In this document: positions 57,190-64,000 of the stretch, piece after piece
Layout of the letters: the number at the start of each line of letters is the position of its first letter
How positions within the stretch are numbered: the first letter of the stretch is position 1
DNA from: an uncultured bacterium
GTDB taxonomy: Bacteria > Verrucomicrobiota > Verrucomicrobiia > Limisphaerales > UBA8199
Assembly (NCBI GenBank): GCA_963749495.1
Contig: CAVVMW010000021.1
Location: 64,001 to 128,000, forward strand
DNA length: 64,000 nucleotides
Direction: 5' to 3'
The notes under the pieces: model-generated
Seen by the model: the letters and a program-made list of their open reading frames with translations, nothing else
What the model was told of the DNA's origin: nothing
Databases searched by the model: none
Translations under genes and position numbers: made by a program

Positions 57190-58860
57190 TTACGTTTCAC
57201 CGGTTCTGCCTGCCCTCGCCCGTGGCCGGCGCGGCAGCCGGCCCAGCTTCGCCAAAAACGGCTTGGGGTCCTTCTCGAACCTGGCCTTGCAGTCGTCGCA
57301 GCAGAAGGCCACCACGCGGCCTTCAAAGACCACCGTTTTGGCCGGGTCAATTGGCTTGCCGGAGACCGGGCATCGAGCATTGAGGGGCGTGGCGTTGGTG
57401 GCGGGCGCAGAGGGAGCGGCCCCGAGGTCCACCAGCATCTCCTGGTCTTTGATCTTGGCCTTGATCTGCTCGATTTCATCGCGCCAGCGCTGGATTTGGT
57501 CCTTGTCGGTGCGATTGGCGGCGAAGGCCTTGGCGGCGGCGGGCGTGACGCGGCTCTGCCAGAGAAAGAGGCGCTTGAGCCTGGGCAGCTTCTGCAACGG
57601 CTGGAGGCCTGAATCCGTCACCGCCGTGCCGTAGAGGTCGAGGGACTCGAGGTTTTCCAGGTGGGCCAGGTGCTCCAGGCCGGCATCGGTGACTGCCGTC
57701 TGCTCCAGGTGCAGGCGAACCAGGTTGGGCATCGCCTCGACCTGGCCCAGGCCCGAATCCGTCACCTTGGTGCCGGCCAAGTCCAGCCAGCGGAGGTTGG
57801 CGGCCAAGGGCGCGAGCCGGGCCAGTTGGGCATCGCCAAAGCTGCCGTGCGCAATCGCCGCGTTGCACTGCAGCCAGGGTTCCGGGGGCGCAATGGGGCC
57901 GAGCGCCACGCCCAGTTCCTCGCTGAGCTGGGCGGCCAGCGGGGCGACTGCCTCCAAGGGCTTGGGCGGGACCGCCTTGGCCACGGGCGGCGGGGCGCCG
58001 CAACGGGCCGCCAGGAGGCGCGCGATGTCGGCAGGTGGTTTGAGTGAGCCGGCGGTTTTGCCTGCGGGCGCGCCGGCAGCGACCCACCACTGGAGCAGCG
58101 CCACATCCTCTGGTCCCGGTTGCGGCTTGCCCTCCGGCGGCATGTGGTCGTCCTCGCCCAGCGGGAGCCCCAGCCGGCGCAGCAACTCGCTCTGGGCCGG
58201 CTTGCCCGGAACGATCGCCGGCCCCGCCTTTCCGCCCTGGAGCGCTGCAGCCAGCGAATCCAGCCTCAACCCGCCCTTGGCCTTGTCCGGGCCATGGCAG
58301 CCCACACAATCCTTTTGCAGCACAGGTTGGACGACATCGGCGAAGGCATCGAGGCTGGTCCAGTCGCGGGGACGATTCTCACGGTGCCCGGGCGGGGGCG
58401 GTGTCCGCGCGCCCAGCAGCGCGCGCACAGGCCCCGGCGCGTAACGGACCAGGTAATCGCTGCCGTGCGTGAGCGAGCCGCCAAAATGGCTCGCCACCAC
58501 CAGGACGGGGAGGGTCAAGGCCAGGCAGCAGAGGTAGGCCCGGTGCCAGGCGAGCCGGTAGAGCAGCCCCGCCATCAGGCAAGCAGCCGCAGTGCCGATG
58601 CCGGCCCACTTGTGCCACCAGAGCAATTGGCGCTCATAGCCCCCGCCCAGCGAGAGCAGCCAGCCGCAAAGGGCGGTGCCGGCGGCCAGCGGCGCGGCCA
58701 AGGCCAGGATGATGCCCACGCTGCGGTTGGCATGGCTGAACCGGGTGACCCGTGCCAGCAATTCGAGCGCCGCGACCAGCACGATGAGCCCGATGGGCAA
58801 ATGGACCAACAGCGGGTGCAGCCGGCCGAAGAACAGAATGAGGTCGGGCGGGCCGTTCAT
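57190..58860 (-). CDS. Membrane protein: DUF2231-like TM domain + planctomycete-type cytochrome c + LRR + YHS domain
   Basis: GRLHPLLVHLPIG, HFGGSLTHG, CVGCH...HMPP, LRRs L..L.L..T.VTD.GL, CPVSG...FCCDDC. Confidence 0.85.
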   Translation of the reverse strand: MNGPPDLILFFGRLHPLLVHLPIGLIVLVAALELLARVTRFSHANRSVGIILALAAPLAAGTALCGWLLSLGGGYERQLLWWHKWAGIGTAAACLMAGLLYRLAWHRAYLCCLALTLPVLVVASHFGGSLTHGSDYLVRYAPGPVRALLGARTPPPPGHRENRPRDWTSLDAFADVVQPVLQKDCVGCHGPDKAKGGLRLDSLAAALQGGKAGPAIVPGKPAQSELLRRLGLPLGEDDHMPPEGKPQPGPEDVALLQWWVAAGAPAGKTAGSLKPPADIARLLAARCGAPPPVAKAVPPKPLEAVAPLAAQLSEELGVALGPIAPPEPWLQCNAAIAHGSFGDAQLARLAPLAANLRWLDLAGTKVTDSGLGQVEAMPNLVRLHLEQTAVTDAGLEHLAHLENLESLDLYGTAVTDSGLQPLQKLPRLKRLFLWQSRVTPAAAKAFAANRTDKDQIQRWRDEIEQIKAKIKDQEMLVDLGAAPSAPATNATPLNARCPVSGKPIDPAKTVVFEGRVVAFCCDDCKARFEKDPKPFLAKLGRLPRRPRARAGRTGET

Positions 58861-58927
58861 GCGGCTTGGGGCAGTTGAGGTTCTTCAGGCTGCGGACAGA
58901 TTCGGGATCGGAAACCGCGCATCCGGC

Positions 58928-59032
58928 ATTGCAAATTGAAAATTGCAAATTGCAAATTGCAAATTGCCGCCGCGCTTCTCGGGCCGGTCGGTTCAATTTG
59001 CAATTTGCAATTTACAATTCTCAATTTTCAAT
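58928..59032. repeat. Heptamer palindromic element (TTGCAAA)n...(TTTGCAA)n
   Basis: Directly visible; relative of 1858-2127. Confidence 0.8.
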
Positions 59033-59072
59033 CCTCGTAAGGCCTCAGTGGAGGTGGGAGTGTCACGGGGAT

Positions 59073-59220
59073 AGACCCCTCACCCCGGCCCTCTCCCCTT
59101 CGGAAGGGGAGAGGGGAATCCTCGGTCGCGGCATGAGGGAGCGGACGCGCCCGGAAGTCCCAAAGACCGCCGACGTTTCTCCCTCTCCTCTGGAAGGGGA
59201 GAGGGCAGGGGTGAGGGGTC
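59073..59220. repeat. CCCTCTCCCC palindromic element (copy 3)
   Basis: Homolog of 21060-21209. Confidence 0.85.
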
Positions 59221-59264
59221 CCCCCTGCGGAACCCTGTCCCCGCCTTCAGTGACCAGTTATGGT

Positions 59265-60746
59265 TCACGCCATGATTCCCTTCACCGGGATGGCCGCCGC
59301 CTCCGTGCCGACGAGCTTTTGGTCCAACCCTTGGAAGTTGTAGGTCAGGCGATTGTGATCGATGCCCATGAGGCGAAGAATCGTGGCGTTGAGATCGCGG
59401 ATGTGGACCGGGTCGCGAACGATATTGTAGCTGAAATCGTCCGTCTCGCCATAGACGGTCCCGCCCTTGATACCCGCTCCGGCCATCCACATGGTGTAGC
59501 AGCGCGGATGATGATCGCGTCCGTAGTTGTCGCGGCGGAGCTCGCCCTGGCAATAGACTGTGCGGCCGAATTCACCGCCCCAAACGACCAGGGTGTCCTC
59601 GAGGAGGCCGCGCTGCTTGAGGTCCAGGAGCAGGCCCTGGCAGGCCTGGTCAACGTCGCGGCACTGGAGCGGGAGGTCTCGAGGCAGGTCGGTGTGGTGG
59701 TCCCACTCGCGGTGAAGGATCTGGACGACGCGCACGCCGCGCTCGACCAGCCGCCGCGCCAGCAGGGCGCTGGCGGCGAACGTGCCGGGCTGCGTCACCT
59801 CGGGGCCGTAAAGGTCGAGCACGCACTTGGGTTCGCCGGAGATGTCGGTCAACTCCGGGATCGAGGTCTGCATGCGAAAGGCCATTTCATATTGTGCAAT
59901 GCGGGTCTGGATCTCGGGGTCGCCGCTTCGCCCGAAGGTGGCCTGGTTGAGTTTGGCCAGGCCGTCGAGCATCGAGCGCCGGGCCGTGGCGTCCATTCCG
60001 GGCGGGTTGTTCAGGTAAAGGACCGGGTCACCCGCCGGGCGCAAGGCCACGCCCTGGTGGCGCGAGGGCAGGAAGCCGGCGCCCCAAAGCCGCTGGTAGA
60101 GGGCCTGCGCGTCCCGTTTGGCCGACCAGCGGGGCGTCATCACCACGAACGCCGGCAGGTCATCGGCGTCGCTGCCCAGCCCGTAAGAGAGCCAGGCGCC
60201 CAGGCTCGGCTTGCCGGGCACCTGGTTGCCGGTGAGGATATAGGTCGAGGCCGGGTCATGGTTGATCGCCTCGGTATAAACGGTCCGCATGACCGCCAGG
60301 TCGTCCACCACCTGCGCGGTGTGCGGCAGCAACTCGCTCACCAGGGTGCCGCATTGGCCGCGCGGGGCGAAACGATAAATCGTCGGCGCTATCGGGAAGC
60401 GTTTCTGACCCGAGGTCATCGTCGTCAGCCGCTGGCCGTTCCGAATCGAATCGGGCAGGTCCGAGTCGTAGAGGTCGGCCAGCCTGGGTTTGTAGTCCCA
60501 CAGATCGATTTGGGAGGGCGCGCCGTTCATGAAAAGGTAAATCAGGCGGCGCGCCTTGGGCGCGAAATGCGGCAGGCCCGGCAGCCCGGCGTGCGCCCGG
60601 CCCCGCGTCTGCGCCTGCGCCCGCATGCCTCCAAAGAGGTCCGGAAATGCCAGCGACAGGAAGGCAATCCGCCCCGCCGCCAGGCCGGTGCTCTTGAAAA
60701 AGGCCCGCCGCGTTTGATGCCCAAGAAAGTCAAAGATCGGTTGCAC
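59265..60746 (-). CDS. DUF1501 family Tat-exported sulfatase-like protein
   Basis: [51 protein letters not shown]. Confidence 0.92.
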   Translation of the reverse strand: MQPIFDFLGHQTRRAFFKSTGLAAGRIAFLSLAFPDLFGGMRAQAQTRGRAHAGLPGLPHFAPKARRLIYLFMNGAPSQIDLWDYKPRLADLYDSDLPDSIRNGQRLTTMTSGQKRFPIAPTIYRFAPRGQCGTLVSELLPHTAQVVDDLAVMRTVYTEAINHDPASTYILTGNQVPGKPSLGAWLSYGLGSDADDLPAFVVMTPRWSAKRDAQALYQRLWGAGFLPSRHQGVALRPAGDPVLYLNNPPGMDATARRSMLDGLAKLNQATFGRSGDPEIQTRIAQYEMAFRMQTSIPELTDISGEPKCVLDLYGPEVTQPGTFAASALLARRLVERGVRVVQILHREWDHHTDLPRDLPLQCRDVDQACQGLLLDLKQRGLLEDTLVVWGGEFGRTVYCQGELRRDNYGRDHHPRCYTMWMAGAGIKGGTVYGETDDFSYNIVRDPVHIRDLNATILRLMGIDHNRLTYNFQGLDQKLVGTEAAAIPVKGIMA

Positions 60747-60747
60747 A

Positions 60748-63604
60748 TCAGTTCTTGGTCACCACTTCATCCAGGTTGAGGAGCATGTTGCCCACGATGG
60801 CATAGGCGGCCAGCTCGGGCGGGGGCACGCCGGCGGGGACGGGCGATTCGCCGACGGCGATGACCTTGAGCGCGGCCTGGGTATCGGCGGTGTAGCGGGC
60901 GCGCTCGGCTGAGAGGGTCTCCAGGAGCACGGCGGCCTCCGGGGCGCTGGGAGCGCGGGCGGTGGCCAGCTTGAAACCGTAGGCCAGCCGGCTGGCGTCG
61001 TTGGTCCCGCCCTCGCGCCACATGCGGTAGCCGAGGTGCCGGGCGGCCTCGAAATACTGCGGGTCGTTCATCATCAACAGCGCCTGGAGCGGGGTGTCGG
61101 TGCGCTCGCGCCGCGCGCGGCATTGCTCGCGCGAGGGGGCGTCCAAGGTGGTCATTTCGGGCGGAGGCGCGGTGCGTTTCCAGAAGACATAGAGGCTGCG
61201 GCGATAGAGGGCGTCGCCATGGTCCTGCGTGTATTTGGCGGTATTGCTGGTCGTGTAGCCGACGGCTTCCCAGATGCCCGGCGGTTGATAGGGCCGGACG
61301 CCGTGTCCGCCCATCTGAAGATTGATCAGGCCGCCGATGCTCAGCGCACAATCGCGCAGTTCCTCCGCATCCAGCCGGTAGCGCGGACCCCGCGCCAGGA
61401 AGCGGTTTTCGGGGTCCAACGCACAGAGCGCGGGCGTGACCATCGAGTCCTGCCGATAGGCCGCCGAGGTGAAGAACAACCGGACCAGTTGCTTCACATC
61501 CCAGCCGGAGCGGATGAACTCGGTCGCCAGCCAATCCACCAATTCAGGGTGCGACGGATACTCCCCTTTGGCGCCAAAGTCCTCCGAGGTCTTGACCAGG
61601 CCGACCCCGAAGAACTGCTGCCAAAAACGGTTCACGGTCACGCGCGCGGTGAGGGGATGGTGAGGGTCCACCAGCCATCGCGCCAGCGTCAGGCGATTGG
61701 CCGCCTCGCTCTGCGGCAGCGGCGGCAGGATCGAGGGCACCCCGGGCCAGACCTGCTCGCCATGCTTGTCGTATTGCCCCCGGATGCGCACCCAGGCCGG
61801 GCGCGGCTTTTCCAATTCCTTCGAGATCATCGTTGCCGGGAACTCTAGGGCCTCCCGTTTCTCTTTCAGCGATTTCATCTGCGCGCGCAGCGGCGCCATC
61901 GGAGACTTGGGGTCCTCATAGACCGAAGCGAGGTAATAATCCCGCAGTTTGCGGCGCTCCACATCGTCAACCTTGGCGGGGTCCTTCTTGAGGAGTTCCT
62001 TGATTTCCGGCGGGCTCGAGGACTGCTCGCGCAGCTCGCGCTGCTGCTTTTCCCAGGCCGCCAGCGAAACGTCCGGGTCCTGCGCCGGGTCATCCACCGA
62101 GACCACGCCGGTTTTGTCCCAATAAGCCCGCCCGTCGAACTGCGTGAAGGCCATGCCGGTAATCTTCGTGCCGGGCCGCAAACCGAGCCTGGCCGCCTCG
62201 ATCTCAAGCCGCACCCACTTGCCCGGCTCTGGCAGCGCCCCGATTTGCACCTTCTCGGTCGTCCCTTTGGACCCATAAGGGATGGCATCGGCATCACCCC
62301 AGTTCGCCCGGTTGCGCCAGTCGTCAGTGTGATATTGCAGCATAATCGCTCGAGGCGGGTCTTTGGGGTCTAAATAGACGTAGGCAAAAAGCTTGGCGCC
62401 TTGCCGGATGGCCAGGGGCCTGGCGGATTTCGAGAAGAAGACCTGGTGCAAGCCGTGCCCGGCGCGCAAGATGGCCCGTTCGCCGCTCAAGACCGGGCCC
62501 TCCGCCTTGGTGACCCACTTGTTCGGCTCGTTGCCGTCGTTGACGCCGACGTTGGCCTCGGGTGGGAAATCGTCGTCGATCCAGGCGATTTCTCCCGGCT
62601 TCGGGGCATTGGTCAGGGTCGCGGGGTCCACATAAGCAAACTCGGCGGCCGCCTTGTGGAGGGTCTTCTCCACCTCGCCCGCGCGGGCGGCCAGTGCTTC
62701 GGACTGCTCCTGTTGCTCGGGTGAGGGCAGGGGCATCGAGGGCGGGGGCAGCAGCGCATTGCCGTCCATCGCGTTCTCGGCGATGTTGTTGAAGAAGGCG
62801 AACATCTGGTAAAACTCTTTCTGGGTAATCGGATCCAGCTTGTGGTCGTGGCAGGCGGCGCAGCCCATGGTCAACCCGAGCCACGCGGTCGAAACGGCCT
62901 CGACGCGGTCCACCCCGTAGCGGACCTGGAACTCCTCATCGATGGCCCCGCCTTCGCTGGTCGAGACATTGCAGCGGTTGTAGCCTGAGGCGATAAGCTG
63001 CTCGCGCGGGGGGTTGGGGAGCAGGTCGCCGGCTAATTGCCATATCGTAAACTGGTCGTACGGGAGGTTCCGGTTGAAGGCGCCGACCACCCAGTCGCGG
63101 TAGGGCCACAGAGACCGCTCGTTGTCCAAGTGCAGGCCATGGGTGTCGCCGTAGCGGGCCACGTCCAGCCAGTAGCGGGCCATCTGCTCGCCATAGCGCG
63201 GCGATTCCAGCAGCCGATCCACCAGCCGCTCATAGGCCTGCGGCTGCCGGTCGGCCAGGTATGCCTCCACCTCTTGCGGCGTGGGCGGCAGGCCCGTCAA
63301 ATCCAGTGTGACCCGCCGAACCAGGGCCTCCGCCGGGGCCTCCGGCATCGGCTCGAAGCTGCCTGGCGTCCAGTGCGGCCGCGATGAAACGGTCCACCGC
63401 GTTGCGCACCCACGCGCTGTGCTTGACCACGGGCAACTCGGGCCGCACGGGCGGCCCGAAGGACCAGTGCTTCTGGTGCTGGTTGAACTGCACCGGCCGT
63501 TCGGCGGCGCTGGCCGCAACAATGGCCGTGGCTCCCAATGCCGCCAGGGCGGCCCGCAGCCCCAGGACAAAGCTGCTCTCGGCGCTGGATATGGTTCGAT
63601 TCAC
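60748..63604 (-). CDS. DUF1549/DUF1553 (PSD1) protein; frameshift near 63357; N-terminal cytochrome c domain apparently missing
   Basis: [58 protein letters not shown]. Confidence 0.85.
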
Positions 63605-63644
63605 GTTTCCGGTCGTGCTGCCTCAAGAATTAGAGGCGCTTGCG

Positions 63645-63743
63645 GAATTAACCGCAAAGAACGCAAAGATCGCAGAGAAACGCCCGGATTCCGGGCTCTT
63701 TGTGCTCTCTGCGTTCTTTGCGGTTAATTTCGCCACTGTCTCT
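63645..63743. repeat. AACCGCAAAGAACGC palindromic element (copy 2)
   Basis: Nearly identical to 53508-53606. Confidence 0.9.
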
Positions 63744-63854
63744 TAGTACCGCGTGCCCTCGGCATGGCACTCCCACGGCCAAACCCGCGGTCAATCAAGA
63801 TAGCCCAAGCCCGCCTTTCGGCAAGTCGGTGAAGAGCGCCGAGGGAGGCGCCTC

Positions 63855-64000
63855 CAGGGCCATTGACAAAGCCGCTCGGCGCGCCCGTGCGCCAGAGCTT
63901 TCAGCGTAGCGCAGGTTTCCAAACCCGCGGGCCGTCCGCAAATCGGCGGCCCTCGATATGCCGACGCCCTGCCGATTGGAAATCGGCGATACGGCAGGTT
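63855..64000. repeat. GTAGCGCAGGTTTCCAAACC REP-like element, runs off the window
   Basis: Homologous to 7410-7489; contains hairpin GCCGATTGGAAATCGGC. Confidence 0.7.

Noticed and set aside
1..64000. tRNA, rRNA, integrase or intact transposase genes
   Set aside because: None recognised by eye; tRNAscan-SE and ISEScan would be needed to exclude them formally.

Overview
A GC-rich bacterial chromosome segment, by inference from the PVC superphylum and most likely Verrucomicrobiota (H-X9-DG prepilin-like proteins, DUF1501/DUF1549-DUF1553 cluster, RRM proteins, largely SD-less starts, many intergenic palindromes). The core (21.3-37.2 kb) is the S10-spc-alpha ribosomal superoperon (rpsJ to rplQ with secY, map, infA, rpoA; no rpmD or adk). 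The left flank holds aas, a Sel1 protein, a translation/RNA-chaperone cluster (three RRM genes, a second infA, a 4-Cys hypothetical, rpsU), a degenerate OsmC, a B12 radical SAM plus LysR, a DUF6057-like/beta-propeller pair, and a small defence islet (RecQ-PRTase + DprA of RqlHI/PsyrTA type, PIN remnant, AAA-DUF4143). The right flank holds an EF-P-like/M14 peptidase fusion, an ECF sigma/anti-sigma operon, a ClpX paralog without zinc finger, a carboxylesterase, an atypical type II R-M pair, glycan-use genes and a planctomycete-type cytochrome c cluster. The most interesting non-coding signals are a conserved structured ~85-nt leader shared by two RRM genes, a duplicated promoter plus structured leader inside the S10 operon before rplB, a MITE with a 9-bp target duplication nested in another palindrome, and a palindromic element holding the first codons of a Y1 (IS200/RAYT-like) transposase. 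Single-base frameshifts in essential genes look like sequencing errors. All family assignments come from motif recognition by eye, not from database searches.
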